IMG/VR virus record: IMGVR_UViG_3300033141_004448
Location: 2,637 to 66,636 of that record
Source of the DNA: a virus
DNA: 64,000 nt
Strand: one strand, 5' to 3'
Positions 38,778 through 49,428 of the stretch are shown here, piece after piece. The position numbers and the translations under genes are program-made. Below the pieces are notes generated by a model. That model worked only from the letters and a program-made list of their open reading frames with translations, was not told where the DNA came from and ran no database searches. Numbering within the stretch: position 1 is the first letter of the stretch; every line of letters begins with the position of its first letter.

Positions 38778-40601
38778 ATGAATACAATAAAACTCAGCCC
38801 CGAAAAAATTGAACAGATAAAACAAGAGATTATCCGTCAGACAGGCGAAATTGCCGAAGAACCTTGGGATGAAGAAACGTTAAATGATGAACTTGAAAAC
38901 ATACGCAAAGATATGGAACGTATTTTGGGTTGCAAAGTAGATGATACGCTTGTTTTAAGACGTTTTAATAGCTTGTATGATGAAATCATAATAGAGGAAC
39001 TGGAGATAAAAGATAAACTCGGTGAAAGAATACCGTACTCTGATATTGACTTAGAGAATTTTCCCGATAAAGAACACGGCGGTAAACCATTCGAAAATGT
39101 TCTTCGCGGAAAATGTATTGCTGGTTGTATCGTATCAATGTTCCGTGGTACATACAAACCGTCAGATATGGACGAAAAAGCACCGATGATAAACGTTACA
39201 ATTGCCGATGAAACGGATGAATTTTTTGTTTCTGTTTTTGGCAAGAATGAATCAGTGATTAAGCAGTGGGAAAACATTCAAATTGGCGACTACGTTGAAA
39301 TTACGAATGTAAGCGTATCAGAAAGACGTGAAAAAAATGAAGACTACGATGAAGAAATGGAAGAAGATCCCGAAGATAATCCGAAATACGTGGGAACGGG
39401 CGAACCGAAGTTTAACTTTTGGTTTGCAAGCGAAAATATCGAGTCAATCGTTCAGAAAATTGACGAAAATAAATATCCCGAACTCCCGAACCACGATAAA
39501 CTATTCGGTTGCAAGACAATGCGTATTTTTACTTCCGAAGATGGCGGTCGATATGCTGTAGAGGGAACTCTAATATCCATAGATAAATACACGTCTGGAG
39601 AAAAAGGTCGCGTGATACGCGGTAGTTTTATCGTGCAAATCGGAAAAGAAAGAAAAGAAGTAATTGCTAATTTTAGTCGTTCAGCAACAAGGAGCATGCC
39701 ATTATCTAAAGACGAAATCCAAATGCGGAGAATGAAAGTCCTAGGATGGTATAATCCTGAAACTAACATCTTCAAGATAGATAGAGTGTATCACTTCATC
39801 AAGAACCTGAATGGAATGTTGAAGAAACGAAAGTTGATAAAAAAGAAGAAGACGAAAAAAGCAAAGAAAAGTAACATGAAAGAAGAACTCGATGACTTTA
39901 TCATAAAAATCATGGAAAATGAAGACGATGTTAATAGAGAATTATCAATAATGGAACTCAAAGAAGAGGGTTTAATGAAAGGGTGGAGCGATAGTGAAAT
40001 CATGGAGGGCATAGAAAAACATCCCGAATTAGAAGTAGTCGAGATGATATTAGGAACATTCAAAATAAAGGAAGATGAAAACAGTGCAGATGAAGATAGT
40101 TACGAAGAACCTGAGATTGATGAAACTGAGGAAGAAGATACTACTGAAAAAACAAGTGAAATCAATACCGATAGAATTAAAGATGCAATTATCAATGGAA
40201 TAAAAACGAACATAAACGACCCACGTGCATTGATACAATTTACTAACATGACGCAACAAATCGGGAATATCAAACTCGTTAAAGAAGCATACGATGAATT
40301 ACTTGATGATGGTATTATAGAAGAAACTGGTGAAAACGAAAAGAAAGTTTACATATCTGAGAACAAAACGAATGACCAAAAAAAAGAGCCAAACATTAAC
40401 CCTGACACGAAGATCGTGATTAATTACTTTACCGATAATCCATCGCCTCGTGGATATACATTGAATCAACTAAAGCGGGTATTCAAAGACGTGGACATAA
40501 AAACAATAATGGAAAAATACTTTACAGAACCAGTAAAAGCAGGAGATCATGAAATACGTAACATCGCACCTAATAGGTGGCGAATGATTAAACTAAAATG
40601 A
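38778..40601 (+). CDS. RPA-like OB-fold ssDNA-binding protein (putative)
   Basis: NVTIADETDE...IQIGDYVEITNV OB motif; acidic linkers; follows the recombinase. Confidence 0.65.
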   Translation: MNTIKLSPEKIEQIKQEIIRQTGEIAEEPWDEETLNDELENIRKDMERILGCKVDDTLVLRRFNSLYDEIIIEELEIKDKLGERIPYSDIDLENFPDKEHGGKPFENVLRGKCIAGCIVSMFRGTYKPSDMDEKAPMINVTIADETDEFFVSVFGKNESVIKQWENIQIGDYVEITNVSVSERREKNEDYDEEMEEDPEDNPKYVGTGEPKFNFWFASENIESIVQKIDENKYPELPNHDKLFGCKTMRIFTSEDGGRYAVEGTLISIDKYTSGEKGRVIRGSFIVQIGKERKEVIANFSRSATRSMPLSKDEIQMRRMKVLGWYNPETNIFKIDRVYHFIKNLNGMLKKRKLIKKKKTKKAKKSNMKEELDDFIIKIMENEDDVNRELSIMELKEEGLMKGWSDSEIMEGIEKHPELEVVEMILGTFKIKEDENSADEDSYEEPEIDETEEEDTTEKTSEINTDRIKDAIINGIKTNINDPRALIQFTNMTQQIGNIKLVKEAYDELLDDGIIEETGENEKKVYISENKTNDQKKEPNINPDTKIVINYFTDNPSPRGYTLNQLKRVFKDVDIKTIMEKYFTEPVKAGDHEIRNIAPNRWRMIKLK

Positions 40602-40611
40602 GGAATGTTTT

Positions 40612-41721
40612 TTGAATCATTCCACTTTTTTTTTAGATCCTACGTATAAAGATTTCATATTAGATTTCGTGAATGGCAGGAAGTGTCAATTACATTATGG
40701 AATAGACGAAAATAACAATAAAATGGCAAGCAAATTCTTCATGTTGCACGAAAAAAATTATGATAAAAAAATTTACAAAATTCATCCAAAGTATAAATGT
40801 TATCCACTCGCAATCCACTGTACTCCCGCAAGGTATATCTTCTATCCACTACGTGCGGAAGGAATGTATGCCTTAGATTACGTTCTTGATATTGACGGCG
40901 ATGGATACGAAGAAAATAAAATGATCGCAAAAATGATAATTGAATACTTTGTCGATCACGGACTAATTTCGTGGATGATGTGGAGAACACGCGGCAAGCA
41001 TGATGGAATACAACTAAAAGTTCCATTCGAATGCTTCGTTGATAAAGTGGATATTTCTTACAATGATATAGTAGAAATAAAAAAATTTTACCTGAAATTA
41101 ACGTGGATATTGAATAATATCGTAACAAAAAGTAATGCAATCGAGTTAAAAATATACAATACCACGTTTCGAGTTCCGCATACCATCAATGAAACAACAA
41201 AGAAGCACTGTAACGTGATATATGACGGAGGAGATATTGAATACCTTTCAGGTGAAGAACTGATGAAACGCGTGGATGTTATATGGAACGATCCTTTCTT
41301 TCACAAAATGATGAAGAAGCAAATTAAATTTCCACGCAAGAAAAATAAAATGCAACGAAAGATACGTGCAAGGTATAATATCAACGGTGCGGTCAAACCG
41401 AGTCAATTCCCACCTTGCTTCAAGACGGGAATATATACTATGGTAAAGAAAAACACGAATCGTGAAATGATAATTTTTGCAACGTGGTGTTTCCTTCGTA
41501 GCATTAAATGGAATAATGATTCTATTGTTGATTTTTTACTTCACTGGAAGCAGACGTGTAAAATAGACGATGAAATGAATTTTGACATTAAAGAAAAAAA
41601 TGCCAAACGTGAATTAGGCGGTATTAGTTGTGCATATATTAAAAATCAAGCAAAATTCTGCGTGGCAGATTGCGGTTGTAATATGCCGAATGATGTGATA
41701 AAATGGTCAGCAAAGAAATAG
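40612..41721 (+). CDS. Archaeo-eukaryotic primase with fused PriL-like Fe-S C-terminal domain
   Basis: YVLDIDG motif I, FRVPHTINETT motif III, then FPPC...SC...C...CGC. Confidence 0.75.
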   Translation: MNHSTFFLDPTYKDFILDFVNGRKCQLHYGIDENNNKMASKFFMLHEKNYDKKIYKIHPKYKCYPLAIHCTPARYIFYPLRAEGMYALDYVLDIDGDGYEENKMIAKMIIEYFVDHGLISWMMWRTRGKHDGIQLKVPFECFVDKVDISYNDIVEIKKFYLKLTWILNNIVTKSNAIELKIYNTTFRVPHTINETTKKHCNVIYDGGDIEYLSGEELMKRVDVIWNDPFFHKMMKKQIKFPRKKNKMQRKIRARYNINGAVKPSQFPPCFKTGIYTMVKKNTNREMIIFATWCFLRSIKWNNDSIVDFLLHWKQTCKIDDEMNFDIKEKNAKRELGGISCAYIKNQAKFCVADCGCNMPNDVIKWSAKK

Positions 41722-42005
41722 AAGAAAAAATACTCAATCGTGCAAATGCATGTAAATTAGTATATTCAAAACGTGGGTACTTTACGGTTGGTGATGTTGC
41801 ATGCTTCGATTTTAAATTAAAGGAAGTGATGGAAGTCGCACGTAAATATAAATGGCGTGAATTACGTGTGATGTGTCCTCATTGTGGAATTGAAGAGGGA
41901 TATTATTATATTAATGATAATTGGAAAAATGATCTTTTTTTAAGGTCATTTCAACATCCAGAAAAAAGTGACATGCAAAAATCAATAACGGAGTTCCTCA
42001 AATGA
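41703..42005 (+). CDS. Hypothetical protein
   Basis: CPHC; C-terminal QKSITEFL resembles a PIP box. Confidence 0.55.
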   Translation: MVSKEIEEKILNRANACKLVYSKRGYFTVGDVACFDFKLKEVMEVARKYKWRELRVMCPHCGIEEGYYYINDNWKNDLFLRSFQHPEKSDMQKSITEFLK

Positions 42006-42187
42006 ATAATATGATAAAACGTGCAATATCGGTAATTTCGGGATATTTCGTGTCATTGCCGATATTCTTTTTTGATTTAGATCCTATCACGCAATCCCTG
42101 ATTTTGATGGTATTTTTTATCTTGTATTATTATGCATTAGATAGGTTATTCGATTATATTGAAAATAAAAGAGGTGATAAAAAATGA
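42002..42187 (+). CDS. Small membrane protein
   Basis: Two hydrophobic segments. Confidence 0.5.
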   Translation: MNNMIKRAISVISGYFVSLPIFFFDLDPITQSLILMVFFILYYYALDRLFDYIENKRGDKK

Positions 42188-42501
42188 AAGGATGGCAAAT
42201 ACGTTGTGGCGCACCAGATTGTGCTGACGTGTATGATGTATATCTCAATAAAAAAGATGCTGAACGTGATATGAAAATAGTAGAAAAAAAATGTGTAGGA
42301 AAAATGAGACACTGTAAATTTAGTGTGTCAGAAGTAGAAATAATTGAAGGTAATAATAAATGAAAGATGTAATAATGCCTTGTGGCAAAAAAATAAAAAT
42401 TGAAAATAAAGATTACCAACATTATATAATATTAGGAACTGAAATATTTGGTCATCCCGAGTACTTCGATATTTGTCTTCATTTTTGTGAGGTAAACGTT
42501 A

Positions 42502-43731
42502 ATGAATGTGAATGTTGGCAAGAATAAAATTAAAGTTCTTGATTTATTTTGTGGAGCGGGTGGTTTTTCTTACGGTTTCCAACAAGCAGGATTTAAGATT
42601 GTTGCAGGAATAGATAACGATAAACGTGTAAAAGAAACATTTGAAAAAAATCATCCTGATGCCGAATTTATTCTTGCTGATATTACTGAAGTGAGTATAA
42701 AGAATTTTTTAAATGTTGATATCGTGATCGGAAGTCCGCCATGCCCCGAGTTCAGCAGGGCTAAAGCGAATCCCGACCCGAAGAAAGGGATGATTTTAGT
42801 AAATCAATTTTTAAAGTGGATTTCTTTAATTAAGCCAAAATATTGGATTGGCGAAAATGTAAGTGGGTTAATGAAATATTTAGATAACGACACGCTATCA
42901 ATGGCATTCGGAAAAAAAATAAAAAAGAAAATATTAGATTGCGTGAATTATGGAGTTCCACAATTTCGCAAAAGATTATTTTTTGGTAAATATCCCGTTC
43001 CAAAACCCACGCACGCAAAAGGAAGAACGTTTTCTTTGACAGGAAACATATTAAAAAAATGGGTAACGGTAAGAGATGCAATTGGAGATTTAATAGAATT
43101 AATTAATAATGAAATATACCTCACTGATCAAATCGGTAATAATACAAAATCACATACACCGATATATAATGCCACCACACGACCATCACGAGCCGTAACA
43201 TCAATCCCGCAACGACAAATAATGAATCTTGAAATGACCAAATCCACGCAAAAATCAATTCAGCACAAATTTGACTGTAACTTTGGAATGCAGAAAAGAT
43301 ATAACAATTTCTCACTTGATAAACCGAGTATTACGATCACGGATATGCACGGAGATAGTCCGATAATTGAAATATCAAACTTAGAGTCGCTTAAAACGCA
43401 CGACAAAGTTTATGATAGATGTTTAAATGTATTGGACAAACCTGCGAAGACCTTAATTACATTTCGTAGTACTCATCACGTTAAAATCAACGAATTAAAT
43501 TATTCATCTTATAAAATAAATGAATATCCAAAGTCGTACGTTAAATGTAGAAAGAAATATCGAAGATTGACCATCCGAGAATGTGCCAGACTGCAAAGCT
43601 TTCCCGACTCATTCATATTCTACGGTTCTAAGACCGCCTGTTATAAAATGATCGGTAATGCCGTGCCTCCGTTAATGGCATATCACCTCGCAATGGCAAT
43701 AAGGAGTGAAATGAATGAAAATACGCGATAA
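42502..43731 (+). CDS. DNA (cytosine-5) methyltransferase
   Basis: DLFCGAGG, GSPPC, ENV, QFRKR, RECARLQSFPD, GNAVPP. Confidence 0.95.
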   Translation: MNVNVGKNKIKVLDLFCGAGGFSYGFQQAGFKIVAGIDNDKRVKETFEKNHPDAEFILADITEVSIKNFLNVDIVIGSPPCPEFSRAKANPDPKKGMILVNQFLKWISLIKPKYWIGENVSGLMKYLDNDTLSMAFGKKIKKKILDCVNYGVPQFRKRLFFGKYPVPKPTHAKGRTFSLTGNILKKWVTVRDAIGDLIELINNEIYLTDQIGNNTKSHTPIYNATTRPSRAVTSIPQRQIMNLEMTKSTQKSIQHKFDCNFGMQKRYNNFSLDKPSITITDMHGDSPIIEISNLESLKTHDKVYDRCLNVLDKPAKTLITFRSTHHVKINELNYSSYKINEYPKSYVKCRKKYRRLTIRECARLQSFPDSFIFYGSKTACYKMIGNAVPPLMAYHLAMAIRSEMNENTR

Positions 43732-43819
43732 AATTTTTCAGGGACATGTTTTAGATATATTAAAAAAATTTCCTGACGAATGTATCGACTGCGTGGTTAC
43801 AAGTCCTCCTTACAAGTAA
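43715..43819 (+). pseudogene. N-terminal stub of an N4C/N6A (beta-class) DNA methyltransferase
   Basis: MKIRDKIFQGHVLDILKKFPDECIDCVVTSPPYK*; stops right after SPPY. Confidence 0.8.
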
Positions 43820-43863
43820 GGTCATTCCGATATTAGAAATGTTAGTATAATGAGCGTGATGAA

Positions 43864-46332
43864 ATGTTATATCTTCTCAACGTGGTATATGATGGGAAAT
43901 ACGGCTTCTTCACGAAAAAACGTTATTCTGCCAAATTAAAATTCTATAATGACGAAACGCAACAAATTGAAGTGCACGATGACCACACGAATCACCATCC
44001 TAATTTTATCGTTGATGAAAAACCTACATTTAAACACCACGAGTTATACCGTATCGTGCAAAAACCGAAGATAGATCGTTTGCACGATAAGCGGAGGGTA
44101 ATGTATAAAGTTTTCACGAAGACACCATTAGGCGTGCCTGAACTCTCAAAGAAGTTCAAGAAGGCATGGGAAAATAAAATAAAATATGTAAATTGTTACC
44201 TTGACGATAGAAAGTTAGTACCGTGCATGCCATATAACACGCCACGCTCTGATAATTACGTTCAACAGCAACATGATAAGGAAATTCTTAATGAAATATT
44301 TGCGGGCATAAAAGATGAGAGTGATGAATTTTTTAGGTGGCTACAACATTACCTTGACATGTATCTTACAACAGTACCTTCCGTGAGAAGGTGTGGTATG
44401 GATATCGAAGTTGCTGAAGAAGCTCCAAATAAATTTCCTAATCCACAAAAAGCAAAACAACCAGTTTTATCAACGTGTATAATCGGTTCTGACGGGAAAG
44501 TGTATAAATTCGTGAATAAAGAATTGAAAGAACCGCCAACCGATAAATGTGTTCATTACATGGAAGAATGGGAACTGATTTATAACACGTTAAAAGTTTG
44601 CGACTCATACCCAATGACGCTAACGTTTAACGGTGATGGGTTTGACGTGCGGTATTTGAGAAACAGACTAAGGCATTTGAAAAAAAATATTAACATTCCC
44701 GTTTACATAGATTCTGATCGTTTTTGTCATTTCCGTCATTCAGTTCATATAGACTTACAGCTTTTTTTACAACAGGGCGCAATCCAGAAATATGCATTTA
44801 AAGACACGTATAAAACCACGAGTCTTGAAGCGTGTAGTCAGGCATTGTTTAACGTGGGTAAAGTCAAGCACGATGGACTTGTTAGGGATCTTTCCACTGA
44901 TGAATTAATAAAGTATAACGAACGCGATGCGTGGCTGACGCTTTATCTCACGCAATTCAATAATGAGGTTCTCTTGAAGTTAATGTTTTTTGCGGCAAGA
45001 ATAAATAAATGTGATTTAATGCTCGTTACAAGAAAGACCGCAATGACGTGGCTATCCGCACGTTTCAGCTGGATACACAGGCACGATAATATACTCATAC
45101 CATTAAAAGAAGATATTGAAAAATTAAAAGGTGGAGCGAGTAAAAAAGGTAAAACTGGCGCAAAATTTTCTGGTGCAAAAGTCCTCGAACCCGTGCCAGG
45201 TGTATTTTGGAATGCAGTTCTTGTAGATTTTGTATCAATGTATGCAAGTATAATCAAAGAGTATAATATATCTTATGAAACCATAATGTGTGGGCATGAA
45301 GAATGTAAACGTAAGCTTCCGCGACTAGGCTACCAAATCTGCTCAAAGTATGACGGTATCATTGCCACCCATTTATCTTTGGATCTCGTGTTGAGAAAAA
45401 ACTACTTCAAGCCCAAAGCAAAACTTACAGGAAATCTAATGTTAAAAGCGATTGAGCAGTTTATCAAAGTTGAAGTGAACATGTCGTGGGGTATCATTGG
45501 AAATGATAAATTTGATTACTACTGCGAACCAGCCGCGGAAGGTATTACGGATACAGGACAATTCAATTTATTATCACTGAGAAAAGAAGCATTAAATCCT
45601 ACTTACGTGAACTCAATTCCGATAAGTAAATTAAGACAGCTTACCTGTAAAACGCTTTACGGACATACCGACAGTTGTATGCTTGATAATCCGCACGAAT
45701 TAATGGTAGAACACCTGAAAAACTTCTGTATTGAAAAACTTGGTCTTGAACTTGACGTGGAAGCGAAGTACCTCGTTGTATTCCTCACGTCAAGAAAAGC
45801 AAATTACATTGGAATTGAAATCACGAAGGATGGCAATAAAGCCGTGATAAAAGGTCTTGCGGGAAAGAAGTCTAACACGCCGTTATTATTTCAAAAAACG
45901 TTTAAGAAAGTAATATCATTACTTGAACAAATAGAATCAAAAAAGACGCTTCCGCTTATCACGAAACGAATAATCAAAGTAGTGAAACATACCAGAAAAA
46001 AAATAATGACAAAAAATGTCACGCCCGAAGACATATCATTTAACATATCAATGTCAAAAGAACTTAATTGTTACACGAAGAATATACCGCAACATGTTAG
46101 AGCGGCACGATTACTCAAAGAATTTGGTGAAGAAGTACATTCGGGTGATATTATCAGCTACATAAAATGCAAGAATGGTGTCGTACAACCTGTTGAATTT
46201 GCTGACGTGAAGCTAATGGATACAAAGAAGTACCGTGAGCAATTAGAGTCTATTTTTCAACCCTTATTCGAACCATTGCAAATTAATTATGCAAGCGTGA
46301 TTGAGGGAAGGAAACAATTATTAGATTTTTAA
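43864..46332 (+). CDS. polB: Family B DNA polymerase (archaeal PolB1-like)
   Basis: Exo DIEV, FNGDGFD, YNERD; DFVSMYASII, KVEVNMSWG, YGHTDS; CGHEECK insert; C-terminal PIP-like QLLDF. Confidence 0.92.
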   Translation: MLYLLNVVYDGKYGFFTKKRYSAKLKFYNDETQQIEVHDDHTNHHPNFIVDEKPTFKHHELYRIVQKPKIDRLHDKRRVMYKVFTKTPLGVPELSKKFKKAWENKIKYVNCYLDDRKLVPCMPYNTPRSDNYVQQQHDKEILNEIFAGIKDESDEFFRWLQHYLDMYLTTVPSVRRCGMDIEVAEEAPNKFPNPQKAKQPVLSTCIIGSDGKVYKFVNKELKEPPTDKCVHYMEEWELIYNTLKVCDSYPMTLTFNGDGFDVRYLRNRLRHLKKNINIPVYIDSDRFCHFRHSVHIDLQLFLQQGAIQKYAFKDTYKTTSLEACSQALFNVGKVKHDGLVRDLSTDELIKYNERDAWLTLYLTQFNNEVLLKLMFFAARINKCDLMLVTRKTAMTWLSARFSWIHRHDNILIPLKEDIEKLKGGASKKGKTGAKFSGAKVLEPVPGVFWNAVLVDFVSMYASIIKEYNISYETIMCGHEECKRKLPRLGYQICSKYDGIIATHLSLDLVLRKNYFKPKAKLTGNLMLKAIEQFIKVEVNMSWGIIGNDKFDYYCEPAAEGITDTGQFNLLSLRKEALNPTYVNSIPISKLRQLTCKTLYGHTDSCMLDNPHELMVEHLKNFCIEKLGLELDVEAKYLVVFLTSRKANYIGIEITKDGNKAVIKGLAGKKSNTPLLFQKTFKKVISLLEQIESKKTLPLITKRIIKVVKHTRKKIMTKNVTPEDISFNISMSKELNCYTKNIPQHVRAARLLKEFGEEVHSGDIISYIKCKNGVVQPVEFADVKLMDTKKYREQLESIFQPLFEPLQINYASVIEGRKQLLDF

Positions 46333-46505
46333 GGTGTATATTATAATATGGTATATCTTGATAAGTCACTCTTAGAGTATGACATAGAAATTAAAAGTAA
46401 AAAAATTAGTCACGAAAATATATTAAAAATACGAAAAAAAGAGAAAGAATCCATCAAGAAACATATCAATCACGCGGATAAAATGATGACATTTTAATAA
46501 AAATG

Positions 46506-46841
46506 TTATCTAACTCCACCAACACGATATATTCTCGGATCTTTAAGTCGTTTTGCTTTTGACTCTAACTGTTCGAGTAAATTTCGTTCTCGTTCTTCGT
46601 TTAGATCTATAACTTTAACTTTAACATTTTCTTTTATTTTCTTCGGTTTTGGCTTTGTTTGTGCACGTATCTCTTTTCGTTTCTCGGTAATGATTCTTTG
46701 TAGTTCGTTAATTTGTTCTTGTTGCTTCTCATCAACAATTTTGTTTTCACGTATTTCTTTCCGCAATCGTGCTTTCTCGGCACGAACTGCTTCGATTTCT
46801 CTTTGTAGTCGTGCGATTTCCTCTTCGGTCAAGTCATTCAC
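46506..46841 (-). CDS. Coiled-coil protein
   Basis: Charged heptad pattern; GGTGA RBS region. Confidence 0.55.
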   Translation of the reverse strand: MNDLTEEEIARLQREIEAVRAEKARLRKEIRENKIVDEKQQEQINELQRIITEKRKEIRAQTKPKPKKIKENVKVKVIDLNEERERNLLEQLESKAKRLKDPRIYRVGGVR

Positions 46842-47085
46842 CTTTTTCGGAATTAGATTTCAATTGTGCTAACTGTTCTTTTTCAAGTGCTAATATTTTC
46901 TCAATGACTTGGCGGTATGTTTCCTTTAAGTCATTGTACACGTTTTCCAAAGAAAGTTTTTTTGCCTCAATTTCTTTTAATTCCTTTACCTTTTCAGCAA
47001 GATCCTTGTACTCGGTTTCGGTAACATCGAGTTCACGTCTTATATCAAAGGCATTGACTTTTAACATGTTTAATTCTTCGTTCAT
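46834..47085 (-). CDS. Coiled-coil protein
   Basis: Heptad pattern; GAAGTGA upstream. Confidence 0.55.
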   Translation of the reverse strand: MNEELNMLKVNAFDIRRELDVTETEYKDLAEKVKELKEIEAKKLSLENVYNDLKETYRQVIEKILALEKEQLAQLKSNSEKGE

Positions 47086-47101
47086 TTTTTAATCACTTCC
47101 A

Positions 47102-48316
47102 TTAAATTGTTATATATTGTAACCAAATCTTACAACTATCACTTCCACCATTTGCAGACTGTAATTTAGCAGAAATCAATGTCCCGCCAGTGAATACAGG
47201 ACTATTAACATTATCTACAACGAGTGTTCTTCTACCACCTGCACCGTGAAAGAATGTCTGGCAAAATTCGGTATTTGAATCTCCAAATGCTAATTTCAAA
47301 CCATACAAAGTATTTGCATCACTCGGATTATCTACATACACGCCGCTAACTTTAAATGGATTAAGCGTATCAGAACCAGTAATCAAATTTGTCCATTCGC
47401 CGTCTTCGCCATTATTACTACCCGCTTGTATCGTGATACCACTTGATACGTTATTTGGTATTATTTTATAATAATAATCACTCCAATTAATACCATTTTG
47501 ATCGAAATGTACTACATTACCACCGCTTAAATTTACGTTTGACGTATTACCATAGAAACACACGCTTTCAAAACAAGTTTTATCGCCATCGTCAATCTTC
47601 ACGCCAATATTACATTCTTTTACCATACACTTTTCATAAAAAAATATATAATTATTATTAGAATCAAAACCGTGAATACCCGTTTTACATTTTAACACGT
47701 CAATTTTACCCATGTATACACTTGTTGCGCCTTGTATGCTTATTCCCGTTGAATTAGATGAATTGCCAAATATTCTTAAATCATTAATTAACACGTGGCT
47801 ACAACCACTTTCTAATTTCAATCCACAACGACCAACTACCATGTTACTCGAATCAATATAACAACTTTCAATCGTGCTACCCTTCACGCCAGATCCTGTA
47901 TAAATAATACCGTCTGAACCAGTTCCACAAATGATAGCAATATTTGATAAATTACCTATTTTCGTAAATTTCAAAATAGACGTAGCACCAGAATGGTTAT
48001 TTACGATTTTAGTTGCGTTCATTCCTACACCGCGTATTTCAACATTTGCCGAAACTAATGGATCGCCACTAATATTAATATCGAAACCGCTATTATTATC
48101 CGTTGATAGAAGCAATAAAGTCATGTCGTGATCGTTTGTAGAACATAATTGTAATGCATCGTATAAATTATTTATTGCATTATCCCATGACTTTCCATCG
48201 CCATTTGAACCATTTGGGTTCACGAATAATACATCAGTGTAAACACGCGCTTCTTTTGACGAATCGATTGCCGCTAATTCATCAACATTTGACGATAAAT
48301 TAACAGTTGTATTCAA
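47102..48316 (-). CDS. Right-handed beta-helix (pectate-lyase-like) virion protein
   Basis: FVNPNGSNGDGKSWDNA N-terminal motif and repeated GI.I strands; possible ATA start at 48352. Confidence 0.75.
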   Translation of the reverse strand: MNTTVNLSSNVDELAAIDSSKEARVYTDVLFVNPNGSNGDGKSWDNAINNLYDALQLCSTNDHDMTLLLLSTDNNSGFDINISGDPLVSANVEIRGVGMNATKIVNNHSGATSILKFTKIGNLSNIAIICGTGSDGIIYTGSGVKGSTIESCYIDSSNMVVGRCGLKLESGCSHVLINDLRIFGNSSNSTGISIQGATSVYMGKIDVLKCKTGIHGFDSNNNYIFFYEKCMVKECNIGVKIDDGDKTCFESVCFYGNTSNVNLSGGNVVHFDQNGINWSDYYYKIIPNNVSSGITIQAGSNNGEDGEWTNLITGSDTLNPFKVSGVYVDNPSDANTLYGLKLAFGDSNTEFCQTFFHGAGGRRTLVVDNVNSPVFTGGTLISAKLQSANGGSDSCKIWLQYITI

Positions 48317-48355
48317 ATGTTTCTCGCGGTCATAAACATTATCAAGTGGTATATT

Positions 48356-48757
48356 TCACACGTCCGATATAACTCCATCGAATGTAAATTTAGTATCAAC
48401 AACGGTAGAATGGCATACGAATTTGCTTCCTGCAGGGTACCATACATCTGGAAATGATATGAATGTCGAACCGCTATCAGTTTTTGGGCATTGGTAAATT
48501 ACAATATTATCCCTCGTGTCAATGCTAAACCAAAAATCTCCAGATTGCGCTAATGCACTTAAGTATGAAGTAGGAAATCCCGCTACAGTTTGTATATGAC
48601 CTACTGACGGTAATTCTTTAAAGACAATACCGGATAACGCTTCATTGCCTTCGGGTACCGTAGGTTTTACACCTAACCACCCACTTGAATAATACGTTGA
48701 GCCTGTTCCCGGAGTAACAGAATGTAATTCTCTACGAAAATTATACGAATTGCCCAT
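48356..48757 (-). CDS. Putative minor head protein
   Basis: SG/TG-rich beta protein in the head operon. Confidence 0.5.
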   Translation of the reverse strand: MGNSYNFRRELHSVTPGTGSTYYSSGWLGVKPTVPEGNEALSGIVFKELPSVGHIQTVAGFPTSYLSALAQSGDFWFSIDTRDNIVIYQCPKTDSGSTFISFPDVWYPAGSKFVCHSTVVDTKFTFDGVISDV

Positions 48758-48954
48758 TACATCACTTCCGTAATTTGATTTTCATTATCTCACCAAAGTT
48801 TTCTTTTTATTAATAGTCGTGGGATGACGTTTAGAAGAACCACTTGTAAAGTATTGTTGCTTAATTGGCTTACCTTCTTCATTTGGGTGTCGTTTAAAAT
48901 GTTTTTTTTGGAGGTCGTCATGTAATTCGACTATTTCTTTAACTACCATTTGTA

Positions 48955-49428
48955 TCACTCCATATCAATATCGTATTTTAACCATATCTTATAATATATA
49001 ATTCGATTACTTATTTTCCACGTTTCTACATTATTCACGATAAATGTAGTTCCGTCATGAATGATTTGATCATTTAAGTCAAGATTATAATCATCTGGTG
49101 AATTCATTCTATAATTTATATCTACACCGCTTGTATCCTTTGCTTTCATATAAAGCCTCGCACGACCCTGTTCGGCATATCCAACAACAGTGTGTTTTAG
49201 CCTCTGTTCACGTTGCGATAATTCATTCGGTTGAACCATTCCTTTTATTGTATAATCCGTGTAATTAAATTGCCTATTATTAGTTTGTGTGGTATCGACT
49301 TCGTCATAAACGTCATCATAACTACTATCAGGCGCACGTAATCCCGTGAAATGACGAAGCGTGATTTCTTCACCATAATCGTCTATTGCCTCATTGAAGC
49401 GATTTATCAAACTACTACTCACGGTCAA
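48955..49428 (-). CDS. Head closure protein (putative)
   Basis: Position; IKGMVQP...DQIIHDGTTFIV. Confidence 0.6.
   Translation of the reverse strand: MTVSSSLINRFNEAIDDYGEEITLRHFTGLRAPDSSYDDVYDEVDTTQTNNRQFNYTDYTIKGMVQPNELSQREQRLKHTVVGYAEQGRARLYMKAKDTSGVDINYRMNSPDDYNLDLNDQIIHDGTTFIVNNVETWKISNRIIYYKIWLKYDIDME

Noticed and set aside
965-43731. DNA hypermodification (5mC to 5hmC to glycosyl) as the role of the glycosyltransferases
   Set aside because: No TET/JBP dioxygenase or hydroxymethylase recognised and the GTs are not linked to the MTase; disfavoured but not excluded
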